From Nitrosopumilus sp. (lineage in GTDB: Archaea; Thermoproteota; Nitrososphaeria; Nitrososphaerales; Nitrosopumilaceae), in the NCBI GenBank assembly GCA_965249555.1, contig OZ252243.1, positions 1,184,001 through 1,248,000 of the forward strand: a DNA stretch of 64,000 nt. Direction: 5' to 3'. Position 1 is the stretch's first letter; every line of letters begins with the position of its first letter. The position numbers were made by a program, and so were the translations under genes. The notes under the pieces are model-generated. The model searched no databases, was not told the origin of the DNA, and saw only the letters and a list, made by a program, of their open reading frames with translations. Positions 52,261 to 60,985 of this stretch are shown in pieces.

Positions 52261-52890
52261 TTATGAATCCCTTTTCTTAATTGCCTCTTTTTTTCCATCT
52301 GGCAAACTGTCAAAAATATCATCTATAATTTTTCCTCTGGTATGAGCCCAATCAGAAATATAATTTACAATCTCAAACAACTTGGTTGCTGTGTTTACAT
52401 CATCTCTCAAATCCATTTCTAAAGGGTGTACTGCTTGTCCACCAATCACTCTGACAGAATCTAACGCTTTTATCATTCTATCCTCTAGTCCTTGCTCTGC
52501 CAATTTTTTTATTTTTTCATTCAAATCTTTACCTGTCGCTTTTTTCTCATTACATATCTTTTCAATACACAATCTCAATAATACACACGCTGACCTTGGA
52601 GAACGTGAAATTATGTCTCGCGCTTCATTGTAATCAATTTTTATTTCATCAGTCATATCTGGGTTAGGCATTGGTGCATTACCTGTTGATGGATAAATCA
52701 TATTTTCTTCTTTCCAAATTGTAATGTCTCTACATCGTCTACAATGTCCAACCATGAAGTTATTAGCATTAACAGAATTTACATACTGACCTGTTCTTAT
52801 TACATTCGTCCAAGATTGATCAGAATATGATCCACAGTTTGGACAATGAAATGCATCTAGATTTACAGCAGGTTGAGTGAATTCAGTCAT
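52261..52890 (-). CDS. DUF4145 (HEPN-like) protein with N-terminal Zn ribbon
   Basis: CPNC/CRRC; DY.EA..I...SPR.A..LLR..IE; R.IG..AVH. Confidence 0.8.
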   Translation of the reverse strand: MTEFTQPAVNLDAFHCPNCGSYSDQSWTNVIRTGQYVNSVNANNFMVGHCRRCRDITIWKEENMIYPSTGNAPMPNPDMTDEIKIDYNEARDIISRSPRSACVLLRLCIEKICNEKKATGKDLNEKIKKLAEQGLEDRMIKALDSVRVIGGQAVHPLEMDLRDDVNTATKLFEIVNYISDWAHTRGKIIDDIFDSLPDGKKEAIKKRDS

Positions 52891-52907
52891 AGTTTTATGA
52901 GAAAATT

Positions 52908-53501
52908 TTAATTCATTTTGTAATTATCATTCCAATAGTATATCCAATACTTCATTACTAATTGCATGATTCCAGCAGTTTGTATGATGTTCTTTGATCT
53001 TCGTTCTATTTTATTTTCTATTTCTTTTAATGAATTAAATATGGGATTTCCTTCTACTAATATTTCTTTTTGAAATTTCTTGATTTCATCTTCTGAGGCA
53101 AAATTAGAAGAGTAACTAATAAGATTAAAATTATGAAATTTTAGTTTAAACGGTTCCCATATTTTTAGAAAATTTTCTAAATCTTTTTTCTCATCAGTAA
53201 CATCATGATTTAACGATCTAAAATATTCTGTAAATATTTGAATCTTGTTAATTTTTAAATCCACATATTTTTCAAATCCCTCTTTTATTTTTTTAATAAT
53301 GTTGTCAAACTCTGGGATTATATTTGGTAATTGTTGTTTATTATGATTAGACATTATGACTTTGCTAATTAGTTGTAGTATTTCCAATGAACCATTTGTA
53401 ATCATTATCAATGCTTCACTATCTGGTTGATTGATACTATTGTTCATTTTTGATAATCTCATTATCACTGCTGCTGTATTAAATTGATTTGGCTCACTCA
53501 T
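52908..53501 (-). CDS. Hypothetical helical protein
   Basis: 197-aa ORF in the same unit as the DUF4145 gene. Confidence 0.65.
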   Translation of the reverse strand: MSEPNQFNTAAVIMRLSKMNNSINQPDSEALIMITNGSLEILQLISKVIMSNHNKQQLPNIIPEFDNIIKKIKEGFEKYVDLKINKIQIFTEYFRSLNHDVTDEKKDLENFLKIWEPFKLKFHNFNLISYSSNFASEDEIKKFQKEILVEGNPIFNSLKEIENKIERRSKNIIQTAGIMQLVMKYWIYYWNDNYKMN

Positions 53502-53502
53502 T

Positions 53503-53649
53503 TTAGATCCTAACTCTTGGTTTATTCCAATATGGAGATTTACATTTTACATTGGCACAGTTCTTAGGAGATTCATTAACACTATACCAAATTTTCTCAC
53601 AACGATTACACTCATGCTTCCAGTAATCACCTTCTACTTTCATACTCAT
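53503..53649 (-). CDS. 48-aa Zn-ribbon protein
   Basis: MSMKVEGDYWKHECNRCEKIWYSVNESPKNCANVKCKSPYWNKPRVRI; below the ORF-track length cutoff. Confidence 0.7.
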   Translation of the reverse strand: MSMKVEGDYWKHECNRCEKIWYSVNESPKNCANVKCKSPYWNKPRVRI

Positions 53650-53755
53650 AACTACCTTAAGATAATTCTATTATATAATTTCTTTTCATATATCCATTTA
53701 AGGTATAGTATTATATATGGGTTGAACACATAGGTTGAACACATAGATATGATAT

Positions 53756-53841
53756 GGTGAGTTTATCTAGAATGGTAAGATGTCGGGCTTATGACCCGAT
53801 TGTTGTAAGAGACATCGTGGGTTCAAATCCCACACTCACCG
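53756..53841 (+). tRNA. Class II (long V-arm) tRNA gene, anticodon TAT (Ile) on a Ser/Leu-like body
   Basis: Acceptor GGTGAGT/ACTCACC plus G73; D-stem ATCT/AGAT; TCGGG-CTTATGA-CCCGA; 17-nt variable region; GTGGG-TTCAAAT-CCCAC. Confidence 0.88.
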
Positions 53842-53875
53842 CATCTTTTCATTCTATATTAATTGAGAGGTCTTA

Positions 53876-55120
53876 GGTTTTCCCATACGAAATCATCTCC
53901 AACCCTACTGAGGACACTTCCTAGTGTGCTTTGCTGAATCAGGACATCTCAGATATGCCTTGCATCTTATACTTTCGTTGTGTCAGTTCATGATTTTGTG
54001 TACGATATACTTTCAGAGTTAGCATGTACCCGGATTATTGCAAGCATCCGGTCTTGCAGCTGCCACCTTTGCCTTTTGTTTTCCTCTTCTCTTTGCAATT
54101 CTGAAATAGAATGATCCCATTCTTTCATCAAATCGTACTGTAGTTGCAGCCTCTACCATTGCGTTACGTAACCATGCAGAACCCCTCTTTGTTATTCCGC
54201 CTCCTCGGTGCACATCTGCACTGTCCCTGTGCGACGGTGCAAGTCCTGCATATGAGACTAGTTTTTCTGCTGTTGCAAATCTGCTGATGTCAACTATCTC
54301 TGAAATTATTGTCAATGCCGTGACATAGTTTATTCCAGGAATGGTCATCAGTAGTCTGGTTTTCCCATCCTCATTGCTGCAATCTTTATCTCAATTGTGT
54401 TGATCTGTTTTTGCATCATATCTATGGTATCAAGATATGCATCCATTGCCATTCTATCAGATTAATTTCATGCAACCATCGTACTCCTTTCTGCGAGAAT
54501 GTCTTTGTGGGTATAATCATATTTTGCAAGTATTGCATAAATCATGTTTTTGTGTTTTGATACATTTCGCACGCGATTCAGTCTGGTTCTTACCAGACTG
54601 TATAGATCTCTATAGTATTTTTCTGGTACGAATGAGCTGTACACCATGTCTGCTCTTAGCAAGTCTGCCAATACGTCTGAATCAAGTTTGTCGTTTTTTA
54701 GCTTTGCCTGTGCAATTATCTTGGTCTTTGCAGGATGTGTAAGAATTGTATCAATTCCATGGTCTTCTAGTGTGTCATGTAGTCTGATCCAATAGTTTGC
54801 AGTTGATTCGCATACTGCCTGTATGTCATTACCATATGTCTTTTTGATATGTTTGATAAAACCCATTATTCCATTTGTGGTATTATCAAAGCTTGTCTGC
54901 TCTAGCTTCTTTCTGGATTCCCGTTTTATTGTTGCAACACATTTCTTCTTGTGAACATCAATTCCTATGCTGATCATATTATCACCTCCTTTTTGATCAA
55001 ATTGCCTGATCTAGCGGAATGCTCCCATTCACCATCTATGTGGTATTTTGTTTTCCGCTCACTTTGAGTTAGTCTGTCAAACGCCCTTGTACATGGCAAT
55101 ATTCATTCAACTCTCAGGCC
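53876..55120 (-). mobile_element. IS110-family element (type B), frameshifted, with upstream non-coding end
   Basis: IGIDVHKK, KNDKLDS, TIPGI, SYAGLAPS; SD AGGAGGTGA before ATG 54977. Confidence 0.9.
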
Positions 55121-55165
55121 TAACAGTAGGTATACATCACAAGATATGAAAAAGATTTCGTATAA

Positions 55166-55984
55166 CGTCTGTCAATATCTGCAATTTCTGCTGCAATAAC
55201 TAGTGACGAGTAATCACCAATTCCTGGTATTGATTTTATTATCATGGCATCAGGACTGGTCTTTACAGCAGCATACACTCTTGAATTAATATCTTCAATT
55301 TGCAGATTAAGATGGCTTATCTGTCGTACAAATCCATCTATGCGATAGTCACCCAGGGAGGTAAGTCTTTTGTTGTATGTTACAGTGAACGTGACTCCTG
55401 GTATCTTGATTCCCTCCTGTAACAAAATTCCATGAACAGAATTTTTGAGAGATGTTCTCCACTGAACGAGTTTTTTTCTGTATCTTACCAGCTGGCGATG
55501 TTTTACTATCTTTTTGTTTGGAATATGGCATGTTGCAATGTATCCCCCGCGCAAAAGATCTGCCAGTATCCTGGCATCAATCTTGTCTGTTTTTTTTGAT
55601 GCAGCTATTGCCTTTGTAAGATACGGGTTTGAGAGTGTTACGTTTTTGTATCCTAATTCATCTGTAAGAAACCTATACGTGCCATACCAGACTGATGATG
55701 ATTCCATGACAATATTGGCATGAATTGGTATGTCTGTAAAATGTTTCCTGATTGATTCATGAGTGTTCTCAACTTTTATGTTTTGTAATATTTTTCCGTC
55801 ATTATCCATTGTTGCTACTTGAAGAAATTTCTTGTGCAAGTCAATGCCAACATACATGCTCTTGTCTTTCCCCCTAATCTGTTTCTTTGGACTTTTCTTG
55901 GAATACGATGGATTACGACTCCTGGACCTGAGTTCATTCCCTATGCTATCTGATTTCCTTCTTTTTGTATTCACATATAGCTAT
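55166..55984 (-). mobile_element. IS110 type A, copy 3, 3'-truncated
   Basis: Homologous to copies 1 and 2; similarity ends after AEIADIDR. Confidence 0.9.
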
Positions 55985-56012
55985 TGATTTGTGCGTGAAG
56001 GTTGATACATAC
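55982..56012 (-). mobile_element. IS66 left-end stub
   Basis: GTATGTATCAACCTTCACGCACAAATCAATA, identical to the left end of the IS66 at 62726. Confidence 0.9.
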
Positions 56013-56091
56013 AATCTTTGTGCAAATTGTGGCTATCGAATTACAAGGATTGCAAACTCATAGGCACGAACAACAATGATTTTTTGATATT

Positions 56092-56670
56092 TTACTTTGA
56101 ACCTTTTTTACTGGTTTTCTTTTTTGTGGTTAGTTTATTCTTGTTAGATGAATTTTTTTTAATGCTTGTAGTTACACGTTTAGTAATAGGCTTTAATTCA
56201 TCCCAACGTTTTTTAATAAATGATTCAGATCCTTCTAATTCAATATATCCATGATGCTTGTGTTTCATTTTAATTTTGGTAGTTGGTAGTGTAGAAATCT
56301 TCTGAGTATCACTTAATTTTTTGTTGGATGTATTAGTTGTAATGTCTTCAATTTCTAGAGATTTTTGGTTTATGTTACTTTGATATGTAAAATCTCCTTT
56401 TTCTGCTTTGATCATGATAATAAATTCTTTAACAGTTGTATCCCAGAATCTTCTGACACCATCTTTTGTTTTAATTCTCTTCAGCTTTACTAATCCTTGT
56501 ATCTCTAAAGACTGAAGATGTTCATATACTTCTTCCATTGACATGTGAGTTCCTCTAGATATAGAATAAGTATCTAGGGGCTTGCCATTAGACCACAAAA
56601 ATTTTAGTATGTCAATATTTGGTGCTGAACATATGGTATAAAGTTCATTTAGCCAATTAATATCGCCCAT
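56092..56670 (-). CDS. ArsR/TrmB-like winged-helix protein
   Basis: ILKFL....P....IS......EVYEHL..LE..GLV HTH; basic C-terminal tail. Confidence 0.75.
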   Translation of the reverse strand: MGDINWLNELYTICSAPNIDILKFLWSNGKPLDTYSISRGTHMSMEEVYEHLQSLEIQGLVKLKRIKTKDGVRRFWDTTVKEFIIMIKAEKGDFTYQSNINQKSLEIEDITTNTSNKKLSDTQKISTLPTTKIKMKHKHHGYIELEGSESFIKKRWDELKPITKRVTTSIKKNSSNKNKLTTKKKTSKKGSK

Positions 56671-57804
56671 CTAAATTCCCCTCCTAAGATATCTTTCCAA
56701 ATCTGGTGGCAACTTAAACTCATAATTTCTTTTTGATCCACTTCGTAGAATAGCTCCTTTATCAATTAATTCTTTTAATTGATTAAGAATGGAACCAATT
56801 GGGTAGCCTAACAATTCTGCAATAACTTTAGAGGATGATGGTCCACTTTTCAGCATATTAATTATCTTTTTTTGCATTTCGGTTAAATTTTCATAAAGTG
56901 ATTTAGATCCAGATATTACTGTGGATATTACATTATCTAAATCTATTATATCTATTTCATTAATCATTGCATTGTTAACAGCTTTGTTAGTTATTTCTAA
57001 TAATTTCCTTGGTGCTCCTCCACTAAATGAATAAAGTTCATCTATTGCATCTGGAGTAAAAGGGCTTAAACATCCATTACAATTAGTTTTTTTTGTATTT
57101 GAACATGCTCCTTGGCTTCCATTGTTTAAATCACTTTCAATACACGCAAATCGTATTCTTTTATTTATAAAATCATAAACATCTTCTTTGTTGAAACCAT
57201 CTAAGTAAATTTGATTTGAAATTCTATCTGCAAGTGGAAAGTGTTTAGCTTCCAAAAGTCTGAGAGTTTCTGGAGGTCCAGATGCAATAAGACTTACTCC
57301 ACCTATATCATGGAAAGATCTTATCCAATACAAGACATCTGTATGTCCCTCACCTAATTCATCTATCACTACTATGAATTTCATCCCTTGACCAACAAAC
57401 TTGGTAATTTCATCAGATACCATTTTGAAAATAGTTGTTACATCTAAATTTCTTGGTCTTTTTTCTGTTAAATGTTCAAGAACGTCTGCAAAGAATACCT
57501 TAATACTACTTGGAGCTTTTCTAATAAAGATAGACTTGAATTCATCTGTAGGTAATCCATTTAATACATATTCTAGGAATGTAGTTTTACCAATACCAAC
57601 GTTACCTGTTAACAAGGCACTTTGTCCTTTATCTACACATACCAGAAACTGTTTAATTTGCTCAGTATATCCTGTAAAAAGTTTCCTATTGCTCTTGATG
57701 TCCACAATATCAAAAGGATTAATTTTCCAAGCCGGATCTCTATTTTTTAGCCAATTGTTTTTTCCTTCTCTTACATCTTTTAGAAGATCCCTTACTTCAG
57801 CCAT
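56671..57804 (-). CDS. AAA+ ATPase (ExeA/Cdc6-like) with Cys-rich insert and C-terminal wHTH
   Basis: GNVGIGKT, VVIDE, LADRI, SGGAPRKL; C...C...CNGC insert; LTEMQKKII.ML..GP wHTH. Confidence 0.8.
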   Translation of the reverse strand: MAEVRDLLKDVREGKNNWLKNRDPAWKINPFDIVDIKSNRKLFTGYTEQIKQFLVCVDKGQSALLTGNVGIGKTTFLEYVLNGLPTDEFKSIFIRKAPSSIKVFFADVLEHLTEKRPRNLDVTTIFKMVSDEITKFVGQGMKFIVVIDELGEGHTDVLYWIRSFHDIGGVSLIASGPPETLRLLEAKHFPLADRISNQIYLDGFNKEDVYDFINKRIRFACIESDLNNGSQGACSNTKKTNCNGCLSPFTPDAIDELYSFSGGAPRKLLEITNKAVNNAMINEIDIIDLDNVISTVISGSKSLYENLTEMQKKIINMLKSGPSSSKVIAELLGYPIGSILNQLKELIDKGAILRSGSKRNYEFKLPPDLERYLRRGI

Positions 57805-57970
57805 ACTTGTAGAACGATCTATTGGTTAATAAGAATTATTCATTTTTATTCATTACATTTATATTCTAGGTGAATATAGATTAATAAGATATGGTCACTG
57901 AAATAAAACAAAGCAAAAACATCATACAGCCTCATCACCAACTGAACAATCACATAGGAGTAATAAAGGC

Positions 57971-58570
57971 ATGAACAAAACCGTAGTTTTTGTAAACGGT
58001 AAAAAACATGAGCTGACTTCTAATCAAGTTTTAGTTGGAGAACTGATTACATTAGGAGGCGGTAAACCTGGTGAGTACGAACTTCAAAAACGTAAAGGAC
58101 AGGGAGGACCAGTAACAAAAACTTTCCAAGATCCTAATCAAGTGATTGAAGTAAAAAACGGAGATCACTTTACAACCAGATTTACTGGATCCATCAATCC
58201 AGCTGCGGAGGTAACTCCCTCCTCAGCTATTTTTGGGAAATTTCTCACAAAAAATGGAATCAAGTATGAAGTTAGAAAAATTGCAGATAAGTCAATTTAC
58301 ATTTTTGAATATAAAATTCCTAATGGAGAATATACAAATATTTCAATTACTTTAGGTCTTCCAATTTCAGAAGATTTTCCAATTACTGCACCATATGGAT
58401 TTCATATCAAAAAAGATCATAATTTTAAGGAGAACATAACAAATGTGAATTCTAGTCCATTAGGTGGAGATTGGGAGTTTTGGAGTAGAGAAGTTACAAA
58501 TTGGGATGTAAATCATCGTGGTTCTCAATACTACCTAGATAATGTAAACCGATGTTTGGAGTTGAAGTAA
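57971..58570 (+). CDS. Multi-ubiquitin-type Ubl fused to a prokaryotic E2-like domain
   Basis: Ubl: VFVNGKKH...V.V.EL..L...Y.L...VKNGDHFTT; E2 (Prok-E2_E-like): Y.IP.G, DFP.TAPYGFH, W.FWSR...W. Confidence 0.75.
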   Translation: MNKTVVFVNGKKHELTSNQVLVGELITLGGGKPGEYELQKRKGQGGPVTKTFQDPNQVIEVKNGDHFTTRFTGSINPAAEVTPSSAIFGKFLTKNGIKYEVRKIADKSIYIFEYKIPNGEYTNISITLGLPISEDFPITAPYGFHIKKDHNFKENITNVNSSPLGGDWEFWSREVTNWDVNHRGSQYYLDNVNRCLELK

Positions 58571-59959
58571 ATGGAATATAATGTAGCTATGACTGAATCT
58601 GCCAACAAAGAACTTTCTGATTTCTTATTAGATGATCTGAATGATGAAGAAATTTGTTTTGCAACTTGGTCACCATCAAACGGAAAAGATAGAATCACTA
58701 TACTACTAAATGACATTATCTATCCTGAAACTGGAGATAGAGTTCGTCATGGAAATGTTTCTGCCATGCCACAATATGTTGATCGAGTAAAAGAATTTGC
58801 TCGAAAAGAAAAGAAAGGATTAATCATGATTCATACACATCCAAGTGCTACTGGTTCTCAAGGAGTTTCAATTCCTGATTTACATTATGAACAAGATGTT
58901 TTGTCACGTGAAGTTTTTGGAATAACTAGATTGCCATTTGTTGGAATGACACTCTCAGGTGATGATGTGTGGAGTGCTAGGTGTTATCCACAACCATACA
59001 AAATCATTTGGTGTTCTGCAGTTCGAATAGTTGGCAAAAGACTAATCATCCATTATAAGTCCCAGAGTTATTCACATTCAAATGAAAAACTAGTCAGGAC
59101 AACCAGTATCTGGGGAGAGCAAAAACAAGAAGAAATTATGAGGTTAAAAGTTGGCATTATTGGGGTTGGAAGCATAGGTGCTGCGGTGGGTGAAATATTA
59201 GCCCGAATGGGAATTGGCAAAATTTTATTGATGGACTATGACCTAGTTAAGAAACATAATTTTGACAGGATGCTGTATGTCACTGATCATGATGTAAATG
59301 AAAAAAAGGCAGATATTGTTGCAAAAAACCTTAGAATATCTGCTACTAATCCTAACTTTGAATGTGTTACATACTATAGTAGTATTGTAGAAGAAGATGG
59401 TTTCAGAGAAGCATTGAACTGTGATGTATTGTTTAGTTGTGTTGATAGACCCTGGCCAAGACAAGTATTGAATCATTTATCCTATTCCTCATTGATTCCA
59501 GTAATTGATGGAGGTGTAAGTTTCTACATTCCAAATGGAAAATTTGTTCATGGAATGTTTAGAGCACAAACAGTAGGACCAGAACGTGCATGTATGGAAT
59601 GCCTTAATGCCTTTGATGCAGGTCAGGTACAACAGGATCGAGACGGTATTTTTGATGATCCTGAGTATGTAAAAAAACAGGAAACAAACACAAAAACAAG
59701 ACAAAACATCATGCCATTTGTGTTTGGACTTTCCAGTCTTGAAACTATACAGTTTGTTGAACTAACAACAAACATTGGTAACATGGGAGATCTTGGTCAG
59801 CAACCATACAACTATCATCCTGGAGATCTATCACCAATTCACAAAAAATGCATAGATGGTTGCTATTATGTAAAAAATATTGGATTAGGAGAATCATCTA
59901 GACCTTATTTGTCAAATGATTTGTCAAAACAAAGAGAATCTGGGGTTCAAAATGAATAA
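58571..59959 (+). CDS. JAB/MPN+ peptidase fused to a ThiF/E1 adenylation domain
   Basis: E...HTHP...S..D JAMM motif; GVGSIG, D.D.V...NFDR, CVD, DGG, CMEC, C...C. Confidence 0.85.
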   Translation: MEYNVAMTESANKELSDFLLDDLNDEEICFATWSPSNGKDRITILLNDIIYPETGDRVRHGNVSAMPQYVDRVKEFARKEKKGLIMIHTHPSATGSQGVSIPDLHYEQDVLSREVFGITRLPFVGMTLSGDDVWSARCYPQPYKIIWCSAVRIVGKRLIIHYKSQSYSHSNEKLVRTTSIWGEQKQEEIMRLKVGIIGVGSIGAAVGEILARMGIGKILLMDYDLVKKHNFDRMLYVTDHDVNEKKADIVAKNLRISATNPNFECVTYYSSIVEEDGFREALNCDVLFSCVDRPWPRQVLNHLSYSSLIPVIDGGVSFYIPNGKFVHGMFRAQTVGPERACMECLNAFDAGQVQQDRDGIFDDPEYVKKQETNTKTRQNIMPFVFGLSSLETIQFVELTTNIGNMGDLGQQPYNYHPGDLSPIHKKCIDGCYYVKNIGLGESSRPYLSNDLSKQRESGVQNE

Positions 59960-60360
59960 AAAACCAACAAAATTAGATGCACTATTTATTTTTACAATGA
60001 CATCTGGTTTGTTTTTAGCATGATCAATTATTAATATTTCACATAAACTTAGCAATTTCAAAATCTATCTTTGATTGGGCAAGAATTAGTTTTGTTGGAA
60101 CCGTTCTAGTTTCATTTTTCATCTTAGGTCTTACTATGTATTTTAAAGAAATACCGTATTTTTCCTTGGAAATTTTATCTGGAATGATTCTATTTTTGGT
60201 CGGTCAAAAAGCCATTATTTCTAAAGATGCCAAACTCATGAAACAATGGGATTACTCACATTTAGCCATGATCATAGGTATATCCATATTCATTCTAGCA
60301 TTGATAACATTCTCATCGTTTGGTCTAATCACGCAACCTGAGATTATTTATCATAGATAA
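59952..60360 (+). pseudogene. Interrupted multi-TM membrane protein
   Basis: ATG overlapping the E1 stop; hydrophobic frame broken by a stop at about 60021, resuming as ORF 60136-60360. Confidence 0.45.
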
Positions 60361-60373
60361 TGTATAGTATAGT

Positions 60374-60985
60374 ATGACTGATGACATGAAAGCTAAGATT
60401 GATAAGATCTTAAAAGAATCATTGCCTGACGAATCACTTTTCGTGACTGTTAACAATGACTACGAATGCAAAAAATGCAACTAATAACGTTCAGTTTTAT
60501 TCTAAATCAATTGTAAATTAACTTCAAAACTGAAGAGCTTGAACGAATTTGACAAGTCATCTCGAGAGAATTAATGTTCAAACCTTGGCAGATTTGTTAT
60601 TTGGAAATCCAAAAATGGTCTGAGCCTCTAAGAATTAAAATTGCAGTAAAGATCTAAATAGATCGCGATCTAACCCAAAAAGATCCTGCAACACACAGAA
60701 GGGCCATCTATTGGAAATACCTTTGATAATAGGTATGTTGATTGGCAAGAAGAAGGAAGCCATATCCAAAAAATCATACGTCAATACAATTGGGAATATA
60801 GGAAAAAAATTTGTTTTAAATGTCCAATTGAAAAACAACAAAAATTAAACTGTATCAAAATTAACAATTTTAAAAATGGCATTCAAGAAACATATTGTTC
60901 CAAAATGACCAAATCTAGAAGTAAAAAATTTAAAAAAATAATTTTAAAATATATGGATTTTCATCCATCAAATTCTAGAGTTTAA
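60374..60985 (+). pseudogene. Decayed hypothetical gene
   Basis: Protein-like fragments (MTDDMKAKIDKILKESL...; CFKCP...YMDFHPSNSRV) separated by stops and frameshifts. Confidence 0.35.

Noticed and set aside
54980-55120. Guide assignment in the IS110 type B left non-coding end
   Set aside because: GGAAAAC matches the right end, but no convincing target guide is visible and only one copy has both ends.
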